The notes under the pieces: model-generated
The model's database searches: none
Seen by the model: the letters and a program-made list of their open reading frames with translations, nothing else
Told to the model about the DNA's origin: nothing
NCBI GenBank assembly: GCA_030141605.1
Contig: JAQGDQ010000062.1
Span: 1 to 64,000, forward strand
Length of the DNA: 64,000 bases
Source of the DNA: Tubiluchus corallicola
Taxonomy: Eukaryota > Animalia > Priapulida
Reading direction: 5' to 3'
Program-made: the position numbers and the translations under genes
Part shown: positions 40,805 to 52,045 of the stretch, in pieces
Numbering within the stretch: position 1 is the stretch's first letter
How the letters are laid out: every line of letters starts with the position of its first letter

Positions 40805-41038
40805 GAAGGATTTTGGGGCGAATTCGAAGAAAACAAAAACATGTATCCTCGAGAAAGGACGGATGATCTGAGCGAGCTGGCAGCTCCGCCCATTTCAATT
40901 TCAGACTACTGGTCCAGTCCAAGCAAACGATTTGGCGCCCTCTATCAAAGACCGCAGAGACGAAGATATCACGTGAAGTGTCTTATCAACCCCGTGACGT
41001 GTTACGGAGATGAGGACAAGAAAAAGAGTCACCAATAA
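40805..41038 (+). CDS. AstC: Allatostatin-C/somatostatin-type prepropeptide, terminal exon with the mature peptide
   Basis: Strong acceptor tttttttcag in phase 0, an acidic pro-region, then KR-FGALYQRPQ-RRR-YHVKCLINPVTCY-GDEDKKKSHQ*. The C-x6-C ring with Asn at ring position 3 and an aromatic residue after the second Cys is the AstC signature. AATAAA occurs at the stop and again at ~41078. Confidence 0.85.
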   Translation, partial: EGFWGEFEENKNMYPRERTDDLSELAAPPISISDYWSSPSKRFGALYQRPQRRRYHVKCLINPVTCYGDEDKKKSHQ

Positions 41039-41351
41039 AGACATTTAGATAACTTTAGTTTACTTGTTACCTTTTCTAATAAATGAATTTGAAGCATCAA
41101 ACTGAAAATGATTTTTCCAAAACAATGTTAGAGTAAGTCAAGGTGATACAATAATAATAAAACAGAGTTGGCTGTAAGCTTATTGGCACACATGATGACA
41201 TAACGTGGAGATTTTAATGAAAACGCTATGACTTAAGCAGTTATTTAAGTTATCGAAATACTTCAATAATCCGCCGATTTTTACCGAAAAGCCGAGGTTC
41301 AGCACCCCCCCCGGTCAAATCCCCATTCTAAGCTTATAAAATGGGTGTTTA

Positions 41352-41422
41352 AATATGAATAAGAGAATGTGAACAATAGAATATGAATAAGAGAATGTGA
41401 ATAATAGAATATGAATAAGAGA
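41352..41422. repeat. 28-bp tandem repeat, ~2.5 copies
   Basis: AATATGAATAAGAGAATGTGAAYAATAG repeated. Confidence 0.85.
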
Positions 41423-43538
41423 CTAGCAAGCGAGAGATATCCTGGGTTAACATTTTATTAAATTCCTCAATTCTTCATATTGTTTTTATAGTCGTTTCCT
41501 CAATCTCTAATAAAGTCCATAAACTTTCTGCAAAGTCTGAGAAGTCTCACAGTTTACTTTCTGTAAGGAGGTTTTGGTGTTAGGACCATCACCAGCCGAG
41601 TACATTCTCACTTACACAAAGAATATTTGCGCAGTTGTTGGAGAGGGATGTGGCATTTAATATCAATTATCGTATTTTTATTTCACTTATTCATGTACCT
41701 TAGGCTGGCTTTCTGCTTTCTTGCATTTCATGCACCCAAGTACTCGTAGATGTGTAAGAGTAATTAGTAGTGAATACTTACTTATTCCTCTTAAATGACA
41801 TTCCCATCCCTTAGGACTTTTGTATATAATAACATCTATTACGATGTAGAATAAGCGCATGTTGAATTGCTACTCTCTAATTAGAATATAGATTACTTTT
41901 CGTTTGTAATTGTTCGAATAAAATGTGTTTGCGTAATTTGAAACTTCTGCGTGTTAGTGTTTACTAAATGATAAAGAATTTTAGCTAGTTTTGCTAAATG
42001 CTTGTATGAAGTCTTGTTTAATAGATTAATTCAAAATCGGACAGTATTTATAAAAGTCTCAGCGTTGAAATTGCCTTTGGGGAACAAAAGTTTCCTTTTA
42101 TAAAAACACAAGTTGTGAAACATCGTTGCATTGTACAGCTTTATATGTTACGGTGTTAGATGCTATAACACAATCGTAACCTAAACGAATTAGTAAATTG
42201 GCGCGACATTTACCTCACAGGCTTACACAGTTATACGAAGTCGTCTCAAAATGACTGAAGAGAAGCAAGACTACCTTAAATCACGTGAAGCTGCTTAAAA
42301 ACATGCCAAGACCTGACGATGTTCTCGGAAAAAAGCAAAGTTGTTTGATAGCCTCGTGGCATATAATGCGTCAGAAATGAACTGACAATGTGTGAGGGTG
42401 TTTGAAACTGTCTCACGGCAGAAAAAGTTATCTGATATAATATATGTGAAGCTATCTGAAAACGTTTGAAGTTGTTTAAAAGTATACAAAATAAGTTGTG
42501 AATGTATGAAGGTGTCTAACATTCTGTGTGAAACTAGCTGTATGAAGATAATGAATCTATCCGAGTCCATGAGTCCCACTGACAGTTATAGAGCAGATTA
42601 CGTTAAGTAAAGACATTAACAAACTTTACTATCATTAATAATAGTGTAACGTAGACTATCAAAGACGCGTGATTTTTTTTTAAAATCAACATCGAGGTTT
42701 TAGTTTTCACTTATTCATAAATTACTATTTTGTTTTATTCGATACTGGATGTATATTTTAGAATAAATATTTGTTTTCTAAACCCACGCTTGGCTGTTAA
42801 ATAAATTTTGATTTACTTTGCACATCATGATCATAATCATTTTCGCAGATCATTACATCATTTTTATGTAATCATTTTGCCGTAACAGTCAGAGTGAAGA
42901 TTGTTCCACGTTTTATAAATTAAGATGAAAAATACAAAATGGAGAAAAAACAGTTCGTCTTAGAGAAGTGTAACATCCTAGTGATAAAGATATCAAAATC
43001 TTCATTGGTATAAGTGCATTTTAGTTTATTTAAAAATTTCGACACACAATTTCTTCATAGCTACTATGGACTGTGCATTTCATGCATGTAATAGTTATTT
43101 ACATACAAATAAATTTTCACACCTTTCCAGTGTAATTTCTATCAATAAATATGTGTCAAACGATGCAGGATAATTTTATATCATTTTGTATAGTAATCCT
43201 GCTAGAATAGAATGACGTTTCAATAGGCCTAAAAGACATAGATAATACTTCTCTTATTTATGGGGAATAGAAAGTAACTATGTCAATAAAGATACTTGTA
43301 CTTGTCTTTCTGTTTAATAAAAGACCAGCAAAGGTTCTGCAGGGAAAGACAGGATCCTCAATAACTCAGCACAAAAGAGGTGATAATCTCTCAGTGGGTG
43401 GGTGTAAAAGACTGTGGTCCCAAGGGAGGGTTACGCAAGAGCAGCTCTTCTTTTCACAAATAAAGAGTGGAGGGACATCAAGGGGCCAGTTTGCTGAAGA
43501 ACCTGAAGTATTCGTAACACTTGCTGTATTCGTCTAAG

Positions 43539-43985
43539 ATGGAGGAAGATACACAATTCAACCTGAGCAGTAAATTTGATGTGAGTGCGATGAAAGACTT
43601 ATTAAACGTGTCTAATGGCAAGTTTGAGAGATGCTGTGCACACGTGCGTTATCTTCAAGGTGCTGTAGATGATCTTAAGGTGCATTATAAACGCGCCATC
43701 GCATCGGGAAACATGATGGTGCAATACAAGTGTAAAATCAAATTGTCAATAGTAATGGGATTAAAATGCTATATGCACGATTATGCGTGTGAGATGGCTC
43801 ACCAGGTGGCAGATTTGACATTTCGTCTGGGAACGTCTAGTCAAGGGCAGTTAAGCAACGGGACGGAAGACGCGCTGTCTAGCGACAGTGAGAGTGTTTA
43901 TGATGACTATATCGACGGGGGCGATGGAAGTGACGGCGATAGTAGCGATGATGATAATAATGAAACAAATCGAAGTGAAACGTGA
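43539..43985 (+). CDS. Intronless 148-aa protein of unknown function (helical N-terminal part, acidic Asp/Ser tail)
   Basis: Good start context AAGATGG, GC content above the flanks, open for 148 codons, and protein-like composition with an acidic tail. Confidence 0.65.
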   Translation: MEEDTQFNLSSKFDVSAMKDLLNVSNGKFERCCAHVRYLQGAVDDLKVHYKRAIASGNMMVQYKCKIKLSIVMGLKCYMHDYACEMAHQVADLTFRLGTSSQGQLSNGTEDALSSDSESVYDDYIDGGDGSDGDSSDDDNNETNRSET

Positions 43986-46900
43986 GATTTGCAGTTACAA
44001 GACCGGTGTGCAGAACTGTACAGTGTTTCGACATCAAGGGTTGTTTTTGAAAAAAGGACAAATATTTAGCAACGTTTCTAATCATGGGCAAAGGCAGAGA
44101 TAATTCAATTAAATTTAAAATTTTTTTATTTAACTCAATATCAGTTTGAAAGAATATGCAATTATACAGTAGCAACTTCAATATGCAAATGAGAAAGATT
44201 CTCTGTTTGCCACTTCATCAGCTACCCCTTAGTAATAATCTAAAGACTATAACATGTTAAAAAAACTTATAGATACATGACGAAGCTACTCACATTTTTC
44301 TTTTTATGTATATAACAATGAAAAGTTGCCTTTGTAAAAGTTAATAATATGCTAAGTAGTGGTTGAATCCATCCAAGATTCTGCACAGCTACAACTCTTA
44401 CTTTGATTGTTATAATGTTTTGCTATACGAATAATTATTTCTTATCTGCAAAGCGTTGATATAGTAATAGAGTAATAGACAAAGTAATATGTACACGTTA
44501 TGTAACTATGAGAGTATGTACCCCATTAAAAACTGCTCTTAACTCTTAACATGTACGGTTATCGGTATGATGTCAGTTGAATGTCACATTGAGAATTCGG
44601 TTCCGTCCGTCAAAATTCATTAATTTTATCCGAATTTTTATCATGTCGTGCTATATAAGTCTGATTTCACAATTTGTATAGGTTGGTCAAAATAGAATAG
44701 CTAAAACTTACGAAATAAAATTCACCTGTTTCTAATCTAAAATGTGTCTAGTTAACATAGCATGCAAAGATTGCATTAATTTTGCAAATGAATACGAATT
44801 TGAGATTGACTAAAAACAGAAGAGGCTTATAAGTTAAGTGGTAGAACATTAAAGTTTAGAAACGCTCAATTGTCGAGTAAACTTATATTAAATCAGATTC
44901 TAATAATTATATTTTATGATTGTTAATGATGTTTTCTTACGATAGGAGCTCGAAAAATATGATTATTTGTCTACGTGTTAGATTAAAAGTATAGTTTCGT
45001 TACATAAGAAAGAAAAACAATTTATTTAGTGCACAAACACTTACAAGCCAATCACTTGCTTTCTGTACGTTTCAAACTACTAACTTCTCCGCCAGTGGCT
45101 CAGCACAAAAACAGTTCTGTGTACTAGTCCTCAGAATTGTGGACTTGTAAAACCTAAAAGGAAAATAGTCTCACAGAAAAGTTTCCCGATATCCGCAATC
45201 TATCCGCGCAGGTAGTATGGAGATTATCATGAGGTAGTTACATCAGTTGCAGACATTGGACAGACACAATCCTAAAATAAAAGACAACTGCCTCAGTTGG
45301 CGCAGCAAAAACTATACACTGCTATGCAAGTGGCTTAATTTTGTCAGCACCCCTTTCGGCAGAGGTCTAGTTTGCAACAAAAGTATGATAAATCCTAATC
45401 GTGGTGATGCAATCGTACCAAAAGCATGCACCGTGCTAGACAGAAATAGAATTAATAGATGAATAACACTTAGCAGAGATGTTTTAGTAGGTTCGGATCG
45501 CATATATAATTTTTTAGCAATATGAATATAAAAGCAGCAACATGGCAGCCGGTAAGCCAAACAGAAGCAATTTTTTGGCAGTCATTCATTCAGTTGGTAT
45601 ATGACACTTGTGAATATTAACAACAAGTGGCAGGTGATGAAGGAAAACTGAATATGTGTCATTCCATTTAAACCTGGGTCTCTCATTTGAAAAGCTGACA
45701 ATTTTGTTGTTCATTTTAGACAAGCCAACAAAATAAAATTAAGTTAGCAAGATTATATTATAGTTACGTGTATAATTTCATATAAATGCACATTTCCATA
45801 TACATGACGAATGCGTATATAAACTACATACCTTATACATTCCAACGTAATTTCTAATATCTCTAACAGTTACTCTTTCACTGATTTGCACTTAAATTGA
45901 TAGATTTTGTTAATTTATAAGGCGCGCACGCATATCATTTCACAAGAATAATTCGGTTAAATTAATAAACGTTTTAGCTGTTAGAGATTTGCAAAAGGCA
46001 ATTTAATACTAAATAATCCGTGCTATACACATGTTAATTCCTTCAACAATTAAATTATCTAGAAAAAAACGCTCTAACACCTTTTTAAAGTTTTAAATTT
46101 ATTTTTAATAATTTCCCTTGCAAATTGTAATTCTGTTTTAGATTTGCCAGGTAGATACTTTCCCTAAGAACACTTGCGTAGCTAAATTGTGGAAATTCGG
46201 TTCGTTGTTTATGCACAGAGCTAACAGGAAAATTTGTTGCAATTTCGACATTTTGCATTGCTACGTCGAACTGCAGTTGGATGTGTGTCAGCGTAAATGT
46301 GCCACTTTGTCAGACACTTAAAGATTCATTCCTCTCTAAATATACTACTCTGTAAACAGTTTAAGAACATCGCAGTTAAGTGCCAGACTGTGACATAGTG
46401 CTGCAGGTTAACAACTTAACGTACACAACCAAGCGTTAATTAAACTTAATGACTGTCAACTAGAAGGGTCAGTTGAGGTACAATATCCATTCACTAAACA
46501 TTAAGGTCAAGAACTAGGACACTTGTTAAACGGTAAATCACATGCACTGAAAAGAAAACGTTAATACTTTGAAAACTGCGATATTTCTGCTTGTGCTAAT
46601 TTTGCCAAGGTTAGTCTTACGTGTTTTTAACTATTAACTGTTTTATAAAATACGTTTCTTGTGAATTGTGACTCGTAGCAGTTAATAATTTATACTGGAT
46701 CACTAAGTATAAGCGTTGTTACCTCTGTTTATAAATAATCACTGTCATGACAACGGCAACAGAAAATATCTGTGCCTTTGTGGGTGCGTGTTTTGTATAC
46801 GGCTTTATATATCATGTATACGGCCGGTATTATATAACGTTTCGCGGATATAGAACTCCAGCACCAACAGGTTTATTATCGTCTTTGACGTTTCATGCAT

Positions 46901-47907
46901 GAAACGAAGGTTTCGATTTGGTTTCTGCTTATTTTAATTATCATTTATTCGTATAAGTTCAGCGCATCAGTTCCAAACAATACAGTCACGTTAGAGAATT
47001 TGTACAAAAAAACAAAACAAAAGAAAAATATTAGCCTTATCATAACACACTCGCACAACAAACAAAAAGAAAAGTAGATGGTAAATTTAAGCCTTGAGAA
47101 ATTAAAACAGACTGTCCTATCAAAAATTGACGAACATACTTTGACAATTACAATTACGAATTCTCCAACATGTCAAAATTCGGACGAAACTTACTGGTAC
47201 ATATATATCAAGTATATCGTTCAGTTTGACGTCAGTTAAAAAGCTGAAGTTGCTATTTTCATACAAACGGTAACAATAGCTGCGACTACGATATGGTGAA
47301 TTCTAAAGTTTTCTCACGTCAAAATTGTTGTTATTGTTGGCTGCTTTTCGTTTAGTGTAGGAATCGTCAAGAGTGGTGATAAAGTTATTGAAGCTAAAGG
47401 GATAGGAGGCAAAATTTGCATTTCGGGCATTCTCGCTGGTTTTTTTTCTAGCAAAATTTACATATACTTACTTTGAGAAAACTAGAATATGCCAAAGGTA
47501 GAGGAGGTAATGTTGCGTTGTTCTTAGGGTGTTGAAAGTCTGTTTAGAATTTGAAGGCCCTCCTCAATACCCAGTCGACCTTTTTGCCGACCAAACTCAC
47601 TTGAGTTTTCGCAAAATGTTACTGATTTACCATGTACGTTTGTGAGGGCCTTTATAGGGAGTCCTTCCTCGGGTGGGGGTTGTTCTTTTGATAACGCCTC
47701 CTTTCAGTACGAATGGTAATATTGTAGTGCCGCGTCCCTTTTCATTTAGCACCTATACTTGTTGCCCTATAGAAAAACTCGTGCTTCTCGCTCATTGTTA
47801 TTGACTTATTGTCTTTCTTTTTGTTTGAGCCACATGTGTAGTTTCGTATCATTTAACCAGAATCTTTCCTCTGTCGGTGGAATCGGTTATATTGTTGTTG
47901 TTTTTGT

Positions 47908-47957
47908 TGTTGATGATGATGATGCTGATGACGACGACGATGATGATGATGATGATG
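47908..47957. repeat. (GAT/GAC)n microsatellite
   Basis: Trinucleotide run. Confidence 0.9.
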
Positions 47958-48524
47958 CAACAGCAATTACTTATTATTTAAACAGACTGCGTCTGATGCA
48001 TTATTCCGCAAACATTTTATAGTCTTGTCCTAATTAGTATTGGAAATGTTACAATAGGTTATATTGATCCCTTTATTATATATTTTTTGAAGAAATCGAG
48101 CCCTGGAGATTCTGTAACCATCGCTGTAAATTGTACATAAATTTGATACTGAAAGTTCGCTAATTGATCAGTGAACAGCAGAAAACTTAAAGATTCGTCA
48201 TTTTGATATTTGATACCTGGCAAGAAAGAATCAGCTGCTGGCAGGCACTTTACGAGACAATTTGTGAGAAAACCAACAGCCAGTAAACTAACATTAACGC
48301 GTTAATAACCTATAAAATGAAAATAAGTATGGGACATATCTAGTGGGGAAAATGATTTCGATTCGAATTCTATGTGCCAGATGTCGTTTTCATTAGTACT
48401 TTTGTTTTTATTAACTTGTTGTTTTTTCGTTATTGTTTTCAAAAGTTTATAAGTGCTAAGCAGACATTAAGACAGTTTACAAAGACGTCTTTGTAAACTG
48501 TATATTTTTAAACGAAATAAACTC

Positions 48525-48598
<74 letters not shown>
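48525..48598. repeat. (AAT)n microsatellite
   Basis: Trinucleotide run. Confidence 0.98.
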
Positions 48599-51452
48599 TA
48601 AATTGTGCTAGTCGCAAAGAGCTGGTCACTGCAGCGAAGCTCAGTCTTATTATACACATAAATATGAAAACAGCTACATAGGCGTATATAGTATTATACT
48701 TACATATGTTACAGATACTTATATAAATATTCATAAGTATTTTCATAAGTATTTTTATTAATGCTTATCGTTTCTGAGTACTGTTTTGTATTATTATAAA
48801 ACTGCAATTTTGATAGGTACTTGATTACCATTTTGTCGTTCAATCATTATTATGTTTGTATTATTGACTAGTTGTTTTGACATTTTTGATACTATCGAAG
48901 TTGTTGTATTTATTATTACTAACTTTCTTCTTACTGTAAGTACTTTTTATTATTATAAAGCAGTAATTTTAACATGTCGTTTTGTTGTTGTAGAAACATT
49001 ATTACTGTTCTCATACAAACCTGCTTGCTCTCTTGAGATACGCCAACGTTTTGCTGACTTACTGTACAACCTTGATTCATTGCCTATCATCTCTGTTATA
49101 CTAATGGCTTAAGCACTAATCAGGTGTTCATGTGAAAATGTGACGCCACACACACTTTTGCTGGCTTAATTTCCCAAAGAGTTGCTAAATAAAACTTAAA
49201 ACATTTACTTGCCTGCGTGTAAATAATGAATCTCCTATGAACTTGCAGTGCAACAGGCAACGTAAACATGCATCACTTGTAGTCTTAATGCAGCAATATT
49301 GATACATACATTTATTAAGTGCTACTGGTACACTAATCATAAATTAAGTTAAGAAATTACTTTATTAAATTAAAACTGTCAATATTTTTGAGAAATGATA
49401 CTGTTGTGTCTCTGGGACGAAACTAGAGTCCGACAAGGCAATGATATTTCGGTCTTCTGATCACAAAGATTCCAAGGTTTAAGTCCGCCTGCAGACATAA
49501 CAGCGTTACCTTTCCATGATTTTTTGTGTTTCTTCCGAGAAATAATTGCGGGCCTACATAGTCACTAATGTTAACACATTCTTAGATCTGTCAGTTCTGT
49601 ATGTATATTAAATCTACCGTATTTCATTTTGCATTTGTATGTTCATCTCTTGATGGCTTCCATGACACGAATATAGTTCAATTGACACTTACAACCATTT
49701 ATAAAACAAGTTTACAAGCAGCTCTGCCTTATTTATGCCTTTAACTATAGTGGTCAGAAAAGTGAGTGACGCACACCCCTATTTTCTTAGAAGTGAACGT
49801 GACGCACTATTAATATGTATTTCAATCTAAAACCGTGTTGCAGCAGGTGTACAATGTAATAAAGATTATTACTTCTGGGATTTGACTCGACATGAGCAAG
49901 TTGCTTCATTGAGAAATTTCTAAAATTATTTGTATATTGATTAATAGTATAATACTACAATTTGCATGCTTTGGTAACAGGCAATAGCGACCGCGACGGT
50001 TGCTGGGACGACGACGAGGATGAATAATTATTTTAAAAATAAAAATGAATTTTTCTAGATGTCGCGTTCCTAATCATACTGAACAGTCCTTAAAGATATA
50101 AGAAACGGATTGTATCCACAAGTGCTCTCACAATTTTTTAGTGTTTATGAAGCCGCGTAGAGTATCACAACTATAAGTCGCGATCTTTTTTACCCCAGTC
50201 TTTAAAGTTCAAGCACTTCAGATGAAACTTAAAAAGTTTTGGTATTTAGTATACTGATTTCAGGCATTGAAAAAAGGAACTAATTATGAAGGTTGTATAT
50301 GCATCAAAACGTGGTTGTGGCATCTCTGCCGCCTGTTGACTATCCGCATGTATGCTAGACTCCTAGTGCAGTGTCGTCCCTTTTTAAGTAGATGAGCAGC
50401 CTTGATTATAGGTTAAGTTCAGGTGTATGTCAACCATCTACAACAACCATACCACCTTATTGGTTATTATTTGCAAAGCGTTTCAGATTAACCGTGCAAA
50501 AATCTGTTATGGCGGAATGCTAAATTATACAATAAGTTCGAATCGAACGATAGTCGAGGGACTCGCTGATCTCAAGATCAGAAAATAAGTGTGGTTTAGA
50601 AAATGACGACAGTGTCACCATCTTTAATTCAGATCGAAAATCCGACTCTGTCAATCGATGCAAAATTCGCTCTAGTATGTTCCTATAAATTTCAATACAA
50701 TCTATTGCGAATTGACCGAGTCTTAAGTTTGTTTCTTAGTAACGCTATCGTCCATCTTGAATTTCAAATAGCGGTTCGAAAATCGATGCGGAATTTGTCA
50801 ATGTGAAGTTTCATGACGATCCATTACAAATTCACTGAACCCTAGGTTATTGTAATGGTCGTGTCGGGCAGCGAATTAACATTGATTCAAGTCCAGCATT
50901 TTTCATACTTTATTTGATGTTTAAACTCTCAATACATCCGGATTAGGTCAACTGCAAAATTAATCAACAAACGTTAGTTCCCAAATAGGCTGAACTATCT
51001 ATTAACATTAATTTAGCTAGATGCAAATTATCTTAATTAGGCATGAACAGGTGAACAGTTATTTATTTTGGTTGAATTGCCACGAAAGTTTAGTACATTT
51101 ATTACCTTTTGTCTCGCGTGCAGGGATAATTGTTTAAACACTATAATAATTTTAAATCCTTTATTTTTTATTTTATCGTTATTTTTCCTTCTTGCTCCAA
51201 TACGATAGGCGATATCTTTCCGTTCATGTGCCGTTCAAATTTATTTTGCACACCCGCCGCCACAGTTGTCATCCCCCAACAAGAACTATACACAGACAAG
51301 TAGACGAGGGGCGGGTTCTCGAGCAAAAACCTAATTATTGGTATTGGTAACTGTTGGTGTTTAAGCTATATATTTAAGGCCTAGTAAGTAATACAAGTAC
51401 TACGAATAATTTCTTTAAATTTTATAATTTTATAGATAGGCCTTTGCGGAAG

Positions 51453-51488
51453 ATGTTGCCAATATCTAGTCTAAATTTCTTAGTTTTG
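51453..51488 (+). CDS. Secreted G/P/Y/Q-rich protein A, coding exon 1 (first 12 aa of the signal peptide)
   Basis: AAGATG, MLPISSLNFLVL, then a TTG|GTGAGT donor in phase 0; upstream acceptor tttatag at 51435. Confidence 0.8.
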
Positions 51489-52045
51489 GTGAGTAGATAT
51501 CTACGTGTTTTCAATATGTAGCAAGGAAATCTTTATTAAATAAAAATATTTTTTTATTTTTGTGAATTTGATAAAGGTTATTTTTATAAAATTGTTCTCG
51601 ATTCATTTTTATTTTATATTTAACAAAAATGTAACATAGTTGATATTTTTGTGTCGAACAACAAAAAATTAGGCGGATTAACACCACTTTAAATTAACAA
51701 TGAACTGATTACTATTACATTGTAACGTTGACCCACCAATTAGAATACGTTTACTTATTTCCGGGAAATGATCAGATTATTTATTTTAACATTTACATTT
51801 GTATGTAACACTTGTGTATATTTAAACGTGGTGAAACAAATTTAAATCTAAATCTAAAACTTTTGATTTGATTATTTCAAATGTCTTTATCAAAAAATAT
51901 CAGCACCAAATCACACCAGAAAATGCAAGAACTCCACCAAAAGTATTACATACAACTTCCACTTTAGTTGTTTTGTTATCCTATTTTGAAATGCTTCACC
52001 AAGTTAAATATTTCAACTCCTATGTCTTCATTTTGTTTTCGTTAG

